DNA of 64,000 bases from an uncultured Atopobiaceae bacterium (GTDB lineage Bacteria > Actinomycetota > Coriobacteriia > Coriobacteriales > Atopobiaceae). Location: NCBI GenBank assembly GCA_963538475.1, contig CAUTIE010000003.1, positions 921 through 64,920 on the forward strand. The letters run 5' to 3'. The translations under genes and the position numbers were made by a program. The notes under the pieces are model-generated. The model was not told the DNA's origin. It saw only the letters and a list, made by a program, of their open reading frames with translations, and made no database searches. Below, one piece after another: positions 46,968 through 55,774 of the stretch. Each line of letters opens with the position of its first letter. Position 1 is the stretch's first letter.

Positions 46968-47013
46968 ACAAACAAGTATACTTATGTGCAACGATTAGCT
47001 AAAGGAAGTTACC

Positions 47014-47997
47014 ATGCCTATTAATATTCCAGATGGTTTACCAGCTAAGAAAACACTGCATGAGGAGCGTATTTTTGCGCTTGAGGAAGAAGTTGCAGAA
47101 CACCAGGAGATTCGTCCGCTGCGCCTGGCAATTTTGAATTTAATGCCTAAGAAAATTCAGACTGAAACGCAGATTCTCCGTCTGATTTCAAAGTCTCCTA
47201 TTCAGGTTACCTGTGACTTTATGCGTATTTCTTCGCATGAATCTAAAAACACTGCCGCCGACCATCTGGTAACGTTTTATTCAACTTTTGATGACTTCAA
47301 AGATAAAAATTATGACGGTCTGATTGTTACCGGCGCTCCTATCGAGGATCTTAAATACGAGGATGTTGACTACTGGGATGAGTTTTGTCGCATTGTTGAT
47401 TGGTCTCAGGAGCATGTCTTTTCTACCATGTACCTGTGTTGGGGCGCACTAGCTGGCCTGTATTATCTGCACGATATTCCTAAGAAAATGCTGGGCGCTA
47501 AGCTGTTTGGTATTTTTCCGCAGCGTTTATGCGATGAGTATTGCTTCCTCACCAATGGATTTGACGAGGTACATTACATGCCACACTCCCGTCATGCTGC
47601 GATTGAGACATCAGCTCTGGTAGACCATCCTGAACTTGCGGTGCTTTCTGAGGGATTTACCAGCGGTCCTGCACTTCTCGCCACAAGAGATTTCCACGAG
47701 ATTTTTGTAACTGGTCATTTTGAATATGATCGCGACACACTTGCAGAGGAGTATTGGCGCGACTTCCATAAGGGTCTGCCTATTCGTCTGCCGGAGAATT
47801 ACTTCCCTGATAACGATCCAGAAAAGCAGCCGCTGTTTACTTGGCGCGCACATGCCAACTTGTTGTATCGCAACTGGATTAACTGGGTGTACCAGATGAC
47901 GCCGTACAACACAGACGAGATACCTGCGGCTATTGCAGATCTTCGTCAACGTGTTTCCGAGGCTGATCCTGACGCAAGGATGACTGGTAGGTTCTAA
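47014..47997 (+). CDS. metA: Homoserine O-acyltransferase, MetA family (Glu in TGAPIE suggests acetyl-CoA specificity)
   Basis: MPI.IP..LPA, ILNLMPKK, TGAPIE, CWGA, PHSRH, GH.EYD. Confidence 0.95.
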   Translation: MPINIPDGLPAKKTLHEERIFALEEEVAEHQEIRPLRLAILNLMPKKIQTETQILRLISKSPIQVTCDFMRISSHESKNTAADHLVTFYSTFDDFKDKNYDGLIVTGAPIEDLKYEDVDYWDEFCRIVDWSQEHVFSTMYLCWGALAGLYYLHDIPKKMLGAKLFGIFPQRLCDEYCFLTNGFDEVHYMPHSRHAAIETSALVDHPELAVLSEGFTSGPALLATRDFHEIFVTGHFEYDRDTLAEEYWRDFHKGLPIRLPENYFPDNDPEKQPLFTWRAHANLLYRNWINWVYQMTPYNTDEIPAAIADLRQRVSEADPDARMTGRF

Positions 47998-48126
47998 GCA
48001 GGCATTTGCACGGTGACCGAATTGCCAGCGCTTGTAACTGGCTGGATATCATTAATACAATAAAATAATTGATTGATACACGCGTATGAAGCTACGTGTA
48101 GAAACACGTATAGAGAGGATACGTTG

Positions 48127-48687
48127 ATGAAGGTTGTAATTGCTTCAGATATTCACGGCGCTGCCGACTATTGCGAGAAGCTCATGCAAGTTATAGAGGA
48201 GGAGCAACCAAAGTACGTTTTGCTTCTGGGAGATCTGCTCTATCACGGCCCTCGCAACGATCTTCCTGCAGACTACGCACCAAAGCGCGTTATTGAGATG
48301 TTGAACAGCATTTCCGATAAGGTCATTGCTGTCCGCGGAAACTGCGAGGCAGAGGTTGACCAGATGGTCCTTGACTTCCCTTGCATGGCCGATTACAACA
48401 TCTTGTTTGATAAGGATCCAAAGACCGGTAAGCAGTTCACTATCTTCTTTACCCACGGTCACGTTTTTGGCCCTGGTGTTCACAACAGCGTCGATAAATG
48501 GCCTCAGATGCCAAGCCTTGATGCATTTGTTTACGGTCACACACACAGAAAGTATAACGAGAAGGGTCATGACCATCCTGAGGTCACCGTATTTAACCCA
48601 GGTTCCGTGGGTATTCCAAAGGATGGTACCCATAGCTGCGGAATCTATGAGGATGGCGAGTTTAGGCACGTAATTCTTGGCGAGTAA
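48127..48687 (+). CDS. yfcE: YfcE-type metallophosphoesterase/phosphodiesterase
   Basis: SDIHG, GDLLYHGPRN, RGNCEAEVD, THGH, GHTH, NPGS. Confidence 0.93.
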   Translation: MKVVIASDIHGAADYCEKLMQVIEEEQPKYVLLLGDLLYHGPRNDLPADYAPKRVIEMLNSISDKVIAVRGNCEAEVDQMVLDFPCMADYNILFDKDPKTGKQFTIFFTHGHVFGPGVHNSVDKWPQMPSLDAFVYGHTHRKYNEKGHDHPEVTVFNPGSVGIPKDGTHSCGIYEDGEFRHVILGE

Positions 48688-48715
48688 GTCTGTGTTGTCT
48701 ACACGCAAAAAAAAT

Positions 48716-48799
48716 GGCGAGAAGACTGTACCGACCTCCTAATCGTTAGATTTTGGTCTAACTTTTGGGGGTCGGTACAGATCGATCGGTCTTCTCGCC
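48716..48799. repeat. Nested 84-nt stem-loop closed by an inverted GGCGAGAAGAC pair
   Basis: ggcgagaagac/gtcttctcgcc; ctgtaccgacc/ggtcggtacag; gttaga/tctaac. Confidence 0.75.
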
Positions 48800-48966
48800 T
48801 TATTTTGTGGAGTGTGAGTATTACAAGAATAAATGACAAGAAATATGTATAGAATTACAAATAATGTGCGTTGATAAAAACAATTGAATATAAAAACTAA
48901 TGAACCTTTTGGAGAATTCTCTCGTCTTAGTAAGAGACAAGAAAAACCTTCAAAAAGGGAGTTCAA

Positions 48967-49251
48967 ATGAAATGTATTCAGTGCGGTCAAGAGTTAAAAG
49001 AAGGCACAAAGTTCTGCTACTCGTGCGGAGCAAAGGTACAAAATACCTTTTGTAGCAAGTGCGGAGCCAAAATGCCTCGTAATGCAAAATTTTGTAGTTC
49101 CTGCGGAAGTAAAGCCAGCGATTATTCCTCACTTCCAACTTCAGACAAATATGCGATTGAAACCTTGTTATCCGAGAGCGGCAGAAAGCTTGTAAACGAG
49201 CTAAAAAAACAAACCCCTAAGCTTACTTACAAGGCACAAAATGATAAGTAG
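48967..49251 (+). CDS. Double zinc-ribbon protein (short, possibly truncated)
   Basis: CIQCG..FCYSCG..FCSKCG..FCSSCG. Confidence 0.8.
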   Translation: MKCIQCGQELKEGTKFCYSCGAKVQNTFCSKCGAKMPRNAKFCSSCGSKASDYSSLPTSDKYAIETLLSESGRKLVNELKKQTPKLTYKAQNDK

Positions 49252-49275
49252 ATTAAATAGGAGGATAAGCGCCAA

Positions 49276-51201
49276 ATGAAAATGTATTGCTTGAACTGCA
49301 ACAAACTCTACGACTCTTCTGACAAGTTTTGTCACATCTGTGGAAACAAGCTTGAAGATGAACTGGGCTGTTATGCCGTTCAGTTTCTCAAAGGTGATCA
49401 AAATGCTGTCGAGAAAATCTATAGATGTACTGAAGGTTGGGTAAGAGCGCTTGTCTGCCAAAGTCTTAGAGGAGCAGATGTTGAAGATTGCATGCAAGAG
49501 CTCTATCTACGTGCTTTTAAAAATATGAAGCAGTTCAAGGGTCAGCCTGCAGCTTTTAGAGGTTGGTTTAATACAGTTGTTAAGTCGGGCATTATTGATT
49601 ACGTTAGAAGTCAAAAGAGAACTTGGGATCATCAAGCTGAAAAGACAGATGATACTGAAGACGAGTTCTTTGATATTGCTGATGAAAGCATAGAGCTTAA
49701 CCCTGAAGCACGACTTGACAAAAAAGAAGCTTATAACCTTATGGATGTACTGCTCAATGAACTTACCGAAGAGCAGCGTCTTTGTATTGAACTTTTCTAC
49801 ATTGAAAACAAAAAGCAAAAAGAAATTGCTGAGTATCTCAACATTCCGTTAGGAACGGTTAAATCAAGACTGTTTAGCAGTAAAGAGATTCTTAATACAA
49901 AGATTCGTGAGATGGAGAAAAAGCAAGGTATTTGCCTGTTTGGTATGTCTCCTATTTGGTACTTTATGTGGCTTGCGCATGGAGAAAACTCCGACACAAT
50001 TATGGCGGAGACGCTTTCAAAGATTTCTCAGCTCCTTACAACTTCTGGAGCTGGTGCAGCTCAGGCGGCAGGAAAAGCAGCGGCCAAGGGCAATGCGCTA
50101 GCTGCAAAGACCACCTCATCTGCAGGCGTTAAGGCAGCTGCTACAAAGGCAGCAGGTTTAGGTGTTAAATCACTTGCTACAAAAATTGCTATTGGAGTAG
50201 TCACGCTGTCTTTTGTAGGAGCAGGTATAGCTTACTCTGCTGGAGTATTTAGTCCTTCTCAACAAAAGAGCCAAGAGGCTGAGGTGAGCACTCAAGAAAC
50301 AAATAACAAAGAGGAAGACGCACCAGAAGTAGACCCAGTTAAAAAAGCAATGTACGAGCAATACAGTGAGATTATTGATAATGCCTCAAGTTACGACTTC
50401 GGAAGCGTTCCATCGAATAACCAGCGCACCTATCAGTACGCCTTAGTGTATATGGACAGCGCTAATCCTGATATACCTCAACTTCTTTTAAAGACGCAGT
50501 CAAATAATAACGGCATAAACAATGTTAAGATTTTTAGCTTTGATAAGGACACAAAACAAGCTTATGAAGTTCAAAATACAAAGGGCATTATAGAGGGCGT
50601 TGCCGGTGCAGGTGGCTTTAGGGGTTCTTTGACAGTTGATAGTGATAAAAACGGGTTAATTGCAGTAAGTTGGTCTTCAGGTTCTGGCAGTGGCTTCGGT
50701 TACAGATATACACTTTCTGGTCAAGATGCAATCTCAACTAAAGAATGGGAGGGCACTATCACAGATCTTCCTAGTGATATGAAGGGGGAAGAAATCACTT
50801 GGTCTTTTAGTCAGGATAGGGTAGCTATTGTGCAAGCTTTCCCAGAGGTATCAATTGCAGATAAAAAACAAATAACAGTTCAGGGAAGACTTAGATATTT
50901 GACATTGCAAGAGATTCTTGATTTACAAGGAATGCAATATCCTGCACAAATGGATTTTACAGAGCGTGAATACGTCTTTGTCTTGGATAAAAAACAGGAT
51001 GTTGCGGGACGTGCTGCATATGATAGTAGTTATAAAATTATGCGTACAACAATGATTGAAGTTGATCCCCAAGATGGCTTAGATCAATATTTGGACAAAG
51101 ATATAAAGATGACGTATTCGGTTGATGACACTATGTATCCGAGCGATGCGCGTATTCCTATGTATTCGCCTTTTACCAAAAATGTTACCTTCTCGGAGTA
51201 A
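49276..51201 (+). CDS. Zinc-ribbon + ECF sigma-70 factor fused to a TM helix and a large extracytoplasmic domain
   Basis: CLNC..FCHICG; sigma2 DVEDCMQE...FRGWF; sigma4 EIAEYLNIPLGTVKSRL; Ala-rich linker; TM IAIGVVTLSFVGAGIAY. Confidence 0.88.
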   Translation: MKMYCLNCNKLYDSSDKFCHICGNKLEDELGCYAVQFLKGDQNAVEKIYRCTEGWVRALVCQSLRGADVEDCMQELYLRAFKNMKQFKGQPAAFRGWFNTVVKSGIIDYVRSQKRTWDHQAEKTDDTEDEFFDIADESIELNPEARLDKKEAYNLMDVLLNELTEEQRLCIELFYIENKKQKEIAEYLNIPLGTVKSRLFSSKEILNTKIREMEKKQGICLFGMSPIWYFMWLAHGENSDTIMAETLSKISQLLTTSGAGAAQAAGKAAAKGNALAAKTTSSAGVKAAATKAAGLGVKSLATKIAIGVVTLSFVGAGIAYSAGVFSPSQQKSQEAEVSTQETNNKEEDAPEVDPVKKAMYEQYSEIIDNASSYDFGSVPSNNQRTYQYALVYMDSANPDIPQLLLKTQSNNNGINNVKIFSFDKDTKQAYEVQNTKGIIEGVAGAGGFRGSLTVDSDKNGLIAVSWSSGSGSGFGYRYTLSGQDAISTKEWEGTITDLPSDMKGEEITWSFSQDRVAIVQAFPEVSIADKKQITVQGRLRYLTLQEILDLQGMQYPAQMDFTEREYVFVLDKKQDVAGRAAYDSSYKIMRTTMIEVDPQDGLDQYLDKDIKMTYSVDDTMYPSDARIPMYSPFTKNVTFSE

Positions 51202-51230
51202 CAAGTAGCAGGTTAGCGCAGGCATAATAC

Positions 51231-51263
51231 TATAGCCAGTGTCCATATTGGATGCTGGCTATA
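51231..51263. terminator. Hairpin between convergent genes
   Basis: tatagccagtgtcca-tat-tggatgctggctata. Confidence 0.6.
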
Positions 51264-51330
51264 GTGGTCTCTATTGGATTTACGCTTGTTGTAGACAGCC
51301 TTGTGAGCTCAGCTTGTTCAGCAGGATTTC

Positions 51331-52848
51331 TTATTTTCTAGTCAGAGTATCAGTGCCCCAGGTGCTGCTTTCAGAACTGATTGAAACCGTACGGCCGCCA
51401 TTTGTGGAGGTAAGAGTAAAGGGTTCGCTTCTCTGGCTTACCTGTCCGTTGAAGGTAAGCTGAATGCCCTTCTCGTCACCTGTCCACGAACCTGTTACAT
51501 CAGGCTCGCCACCAATTCGCCAAATAACAGTGCCGTCCTTCTGGATGACAACCTCCATAGGCTTGCCGTCAGTGCCGGTACCGCTGTACGTACCAACCCA
51601 CTTTTGAGCTTTCTTGCGGTCTTCCTCGGATTTCTTGTCTTTATCCTTCTGCTCTTGCTCTTTTTTGGTCTTCTCGGCCACGCCAGATTTAAGAGTTTCA
51701 CCCTTCTTTATCTGGTCAGATACGCGAGAGTGGTATGAATCATAGGTTGAATTGTTGCCAGTGTCGTCTCCCCAGATAACCTTTTCGTGTTCAATATCTC
51801 CGAGAAGAGCTTGCAGCTCAACAAGCTTATTTGCTACAGACTTTTGATCCATAGTATTTGCGGTATCTGTATCGTTGAAGCTGTTTGCAGTTAGCCGGCG
51901 CTTGTAGTCGGCCTCAAACCAGTCGCGAATGCTCTTCTGTCGATCAGAGATTGTGCTGTTTAGAATGTTGACTCCCGAATCATCGGTGCCGTTAGGAAGG
52001 TGGAACTGGCCGTTCTTTTGGTCAGTTTGAATCTGCTCTTGGATTTCGTTGAGTTTTTCGTACTGGTTAAGAAGTTCAACACGACTGCTGTCACTGCGAG
52101 GATCAACGCCAACGCTCTCAATCTGCTCCTGATAGGTTGCAATGCGCTGCTGGACGGCGCTGCGCTTGGCTGCGTCGTCTTGGTGGGACTGAATGACCCA
52201 AGCAATGGCCAGTACACCCACGACCAGAACAGCCGCAAGCAGGCCAAATGCCACTTTGCGGAGTGTGTCCGAGCCGTCCTTGGTTTGCTTGCGCTCAACG
52301 GAACTAGGTCCGCTTGAAACAACGGTGAACTGCGAAGGGTCAAAGTGCGAAATAGCAGTTGAATCAACGTCGTCAGAGGTGAAGACGTCGATGCGATCTG
52401 GGTCATTAATGAAGGTTGTGGGCTCCTCGGCAGCAGCGTTGGAGTTTGCGATTACGGTGGGGTCTGCGTCAGCATCTGCGTCGGCGTCCGAGTCGGTGAT
52501 AGCGGTAGGCGCCTCATCTGGGGCGATGTAGGAGTCATCTGCCGATACCTCTAGGAGTGAGGTTTCTGCAGCAGTTGTGTCTTCGTCATCGACTGGATAC
52601 TCTGCCAGGACAGTTGCATCTGGATCAGTTACGGTTTCAGCTGGCTCATCAGCTTCTGCTGGTGCGATAACCTCGGTGGCTGTGGTGGAGTTGTCGGGTT
52701 CGGTTTCTGGTGCGGGTTCTGTAGACTCGGCGAGCACATCGGGTTTCTCGACATCTGCGGCGTCCGTGACGTCAGAAAGCATCTGTCCGCAGTTAGAACA
52801 GAACTTTGCGTGCTTGCTAATTTCAGCTCCGCAGTTGGGGCAATTCAT
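51331..52848 (-). CDS. Zinc-ribbon single-pass membrane protein with acidic linker
   Basis: CPNCG...FCSNCG, D/E/T/P-rich linker, TM, extracellular coiled-coil and beta domain. Confidence 0.85.
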   Translation of the reverse strand: MNCPNCGAEISKHAKFCSNCGQMLSDVTDAADVEKPDVLAESTEPAPETEPDNSTTATEVIAPAEADEPAETVTDPDATVLAEYPVDDEDTTAAETSLLEVSADDSYIAPDEAPTAITDSDADADADADPTVIANSNAAAEEPTTFINDPDRIDVFTSDDVDSTAISHFDPSQFTVVSSGPSSVERKQTKDGSDTLRKVAFGLLAAVLVVGVLAIAWVIQSHQDDAAKRSAVQQRIATYQEQIESVGVDPRSDSSRVELLNQYEKLNEIQEQIQTDQKNGQFHLPNGTDDSGVNILNSTISDRQKSIRDWFEADYKRRLTANSFNDTDTANTMDQKSVANKLVELQALLGDIEHEKVIWGDDTGNNSTYDSYHSRVSDQIKKGETLKSGVAEKTKKEQEQKDKDKKSEEDRKKAQKWVGTYSGTGTDGKPMEVVIQKDGTVIWRIGGEPDVTGSWTGDEKGIQLTFNGQVSQRSEPFTLTSTNGGRTVSISSESSTWGTDTLTRK

Positions 52849-53014
52849 AGAGTCGCTCCTTAAATCGCCAGTTAGACTCAGTGGCTTTTAATTACACTGG
52901 GTTACTATTGTAGCGTTAACAGGAGAAACACCAAAATGTTTTTAGTTTTGAGGGCGGCTATGAGCGTTTAGTGACACGTGATGTAAATCCGCTTCGCGTG
53001 TTCAGGCTCGCTGC

Positions 53015-54016
53015 TTAGAGCAGAGAAACACCTGCTTCTGCACAGATTTCCTCGGTCTTCTTATCCCAAATAGATGCCTGCACCTCTCCGACGTGCGCTT
53101 TTTCTAGCAGCAGCATGCAAAGACGACTTTGGCCAATGCCGCCGCCGATAGTAAAGGGCAGCTCACCGTTAACGAGCATCTTGTGGAACGGCAGCTCAAG
53201 GCGGTCTTCACATCCAGCGATTGCTAGCTGCGCCTTAAGCGCCTCAGCGTCAACACGAATGCCCATGCTGCTGATTTCAACCGCACAGTCCAAGGTCTCA
53301 TCCCAGAACAGCAGGTCACCGTTGAGTGACCAGTCATCGTAGTCGGGAGATCTAAAGTCGTGAGGCTGACCGGAGTTTAGAGCGCCGCCAATACCCACGA
53401 TAAAGGTGGTTGGATGCTCGCGAACAAACAGATTTTCTCGCTGCTTAGGCGTTTGAGTGGGGTAGAGGTCTTCCAGTTCCTGCGAGGTTACGAAGGTAAC
53501 TTCGCGGCTGAGCTGCGTGTTAAGCTGCGGATAGTGCCACTTGAGCTCGTCGAGTGTGCCACAGATTGCCTCGACAATGCGACAAACGGCGTCTTCCAGC
53601 GTATCGGTATTGCGCTCGTCCTGCGTGATGATGCGCTCCCAGTCCCACTGATCAACGTAAATGGAGTGCAGGTTATCGGGCTGTTCGTCGCGACGGATAG
53701 CATTCATGTCGCAGACCAGGCCACGACCAACGGCAAAGTTGTAGCGCCAGAGTGCATATCGCTTCCATTTTGCAAGCGACTGAACTACCTCGGCGTTCTT
53801 GCCTACGTTAGGCAGGCCAAAGGCAACCGGATGCTCGACACCATTGAGGTTGTCGTTCATGCCGGTAAGCGGGTCAACAATCAGCGGAGCAGTGACGCGC
53901 GACAGCTTCAGTGCAGCGCACAGCTTGGTCAAAAACACATTCTTGACCTGCTCAATGGCTTTCTGCGTATCGTAAAGCGAAAGGCTGGAACGGTAGCCCT
54001 CGGGAATCTTGGTCAT
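53015..54016 (-). CDS. asnA: Aspartate-ammonia ligase
   Basis: NDNLNGVE, SLAKWKR, HSIYVDQWDWE, SSMGIRV, TIGGGIGQSR; RBS aaggag before ATG 54016. Confidence 0.97.
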   Translation of the reverse strand: MTKIPEGYRSSLSLYDTQKAIEQVKNVFLTKLCAALKLSRVTAPLIVDPLTGMNDNLNGVEHPVAFGLPNVGKNAEVVQSLAKWKRYALWRYNFAVGRGLVCDMNAIRRDEQPDNLHSIYVDQWDWERIITQDERNTDTLEDAVCRIVEAICGTLDELKWHYPQLNTQLSREVTFVTSQELEDLYPTQTPKQRENLFVREHPTTFIVGIGGALNSGQPHDFRSPDYDDWSLNGDLLFWDETLDCAVEISSMGIRVDAEALKAQLAIAGCEDRLELPFHKMLVNGELPFTIGGGIGQSRLCMLLLEKAHVGEVQASIWDKKTEEICAEAGVSLL

Positions 54017-54316
54017 GTGGTCTCCTTGCAAGAGAACGCTAAAAATTTGATTGCGCTGATTTTGCCTTCTTTCCATAACCCTTTGGCGAGAAACCCGTGT
54101 GATTTAACCGTTTTGTCAAAAAGAGTAAATAGTATGCACGCTGCTTTTAATGCAAGGTAACTTCTCTGTCTTGATTAGTAAGAAATGGCAGTTTTGTTCT
54201 GGGACAGCGTAAATTAGGCATGCTTTCCAGAGTGACAATTGCCTTACTGTCCAGTTTGATGGACACATAAAATCTTATGAGTATCTAGATTTGTTGCAAC
54301 AGAGAAAGGAGTTGTA

Positions 54317-55171
54317 ATGGGTCTTGATGCATTTGTTCGTTGCAGGTGTTTTGAAGAGGGAAAACTTAAACCCGGTCCAATACCCTTGGAAGATCTTTAC
54401 ATTGATGATGAAGATCATGTTTGTTCAAAGTTTTTAGATCAAAAGCTCGAGGAGCTTGGCTCTGACCTGTTTTGGGAACGCTATGGAGACCTAGAGAGCG
54501 ATTTTCTCGATTGGATTGATAATGCCTGCGAGCATGAATATGGAGAAATTTGTTCTGAAAGTGTTGGTAATTTTTGCGGCGTATTAAATATTTACGCCGA
54601 TTTAAGTTCAGATGAGGGTGAATCAAAGTATCCGTTATTAAATAACATGCTTCCTAGTATCAATGATGGTCTCTATCCTGTTGAAAAAGCACAGCCTACC
54701 CTTAATGAACTTGATAGATTTATAGAAGAGCATGCAAAGGTTCAAGGATATCAGCTCATTGACGAGGAAACGCATAAAGTTATTTTTTCTCGCGCGTTTG
54801 ATGATGGTTTTTGTATGTACTGTGATGGCAATATTAATTATGGATTCGCGAAAGACAAAATGTATTTCCATCAAAATAAGCTTTCACAAAGTTATCAGAC
54901 TGACCATTTTTACCAGATTCCAGCTGATGATTACAAACAAACGCAGAAGGTAGTTGTTTATTGTGATGACCCAAATAACTGTGAATCAAACTTTAGAATG
55001 ACTTTACGAGGTCCAATTGATATTAAATTAGACAATTCTGTTTTAAGAAGCTTCTCTGTTCAAAAGGCAACTTTAGACTTCAAAGAAACTAGTCATTTTT
55101 GGAGGCTAAATAAAATTAGAAACCTTCTTATAGCATCTATAGAAACAAAACATCCCATTATTTGGTGCTAA
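54317..55171 (+). CDS. Hypothetical protein (AT-rich, acidic, Cys-containing)
   Basis: 284-aa ORF with RBS aaaggag; no motif recognised. Confidence 0.75.
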   Translation: MGLDAFVRCRCFEEGKLKPGPIPLEDLYIDDEDHVCSKFLDQKLEELGSDLFWERYGDLESDFLDWIDNACEHEYGEICSESVGNFCGVLNIYADLSSDEGESKYPLLNNMLPSINDGLYPVEKAQPTLNELDRFIEEHAKVQGYQLIDEETHKVIFSRAFDDGFCMYCDGNINYGFAKDKMYFHQNKLSQSYQTDHFYQIPADDYKQTQKVVVYCDDPNNCESNFRMTLRGPIDIKLDNSVLRSFSVQKATLDFKETSHFWRLNKIRNLLIASIETKHPIIWC

Positions 55172-55242
55172 ACATGCTCTTTAACAGGACACATGAGCTG
55201 TGTTATCTGGTTGTGGTCTGACATCATGCCGTCTAGAGATTC

Positions 55243-55276
55243 AAAAAAGAGGACTACCACCAGGTAGTCCTCTTTT
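55243..55276. terminator. Bidirectional terminator
   Basis: aaaaaagaggactacc-acca-ggtagtcctctttt. Confidence 0.8.
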
Positions 55277-55334
55277 AGTTTGCGCTGGCGAGAAGAACGA
55301 TGCACTTGAACGATCTTCTCGCCAGATGTTGATC

Positions 55335-55685
55335 TTAGTAGGTAGGGTTCTCTACCTCAACCTTGTCGACCTCCTGGAAAGGAGCAAGGGTTGAGACCAT
55401 AACGATGGGCTCGTCATAAGGGTTGTTGACGTAGTGGACCTCGCCGGGCTCAATGTGGATGAAGTCGCCAGCCGAGAGGGTGTGGACCTCGCCGTCAACC
55501 ACAATGTCAATCTTACCCTGGAGGATGTGGAAGTTCTCCTCCATGATGTTGTGGTAGTGGGCCTGGAAATCCTGGCCTGGCTGGAACTGGACCATGGCAT
55601 AGTTCATGCGAGGACCCTTCATCAGGTACTTAGGGCCATGATCTCCGCACCTGTACTCAAAATCGTTCTCGTTGACAATAAACAT
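55335..55685 (-). CDS. Cupin domain protein (in the lsrRK transcription unit)
   Basis: PGQDFQAHYH...EE.FHILQG, GDFIHIEPGEVH. Confidence 0.9.
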   Translation of the reverse strand: MFIVNENDFEYRCGDHGPKYLMKGPRMNYAMVQFQPGQDFQAHYHNIMEENFHILQGKIDIVVDGEVHTLSAGDFIHIEPGEVHYVNNPYDEPIVMVSTLAPFQEVDKVEVENPTY

Positions 55686-55774
55686 CTTGCTTTCCTTTCA
55701 GGCGCAACTTGTAATGCGACCAAACGTTCTTTTTGCGTGCCACGCGTATCCGCGGCGCGGTGGAGTCCCGGCGT

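Noticed and set aside
54017..54300. T-box leader for asnA
   Set aside because: No T-box consensus (AAGGTGGTACC-like) or terminator/antiterminator visible on the minus strand.
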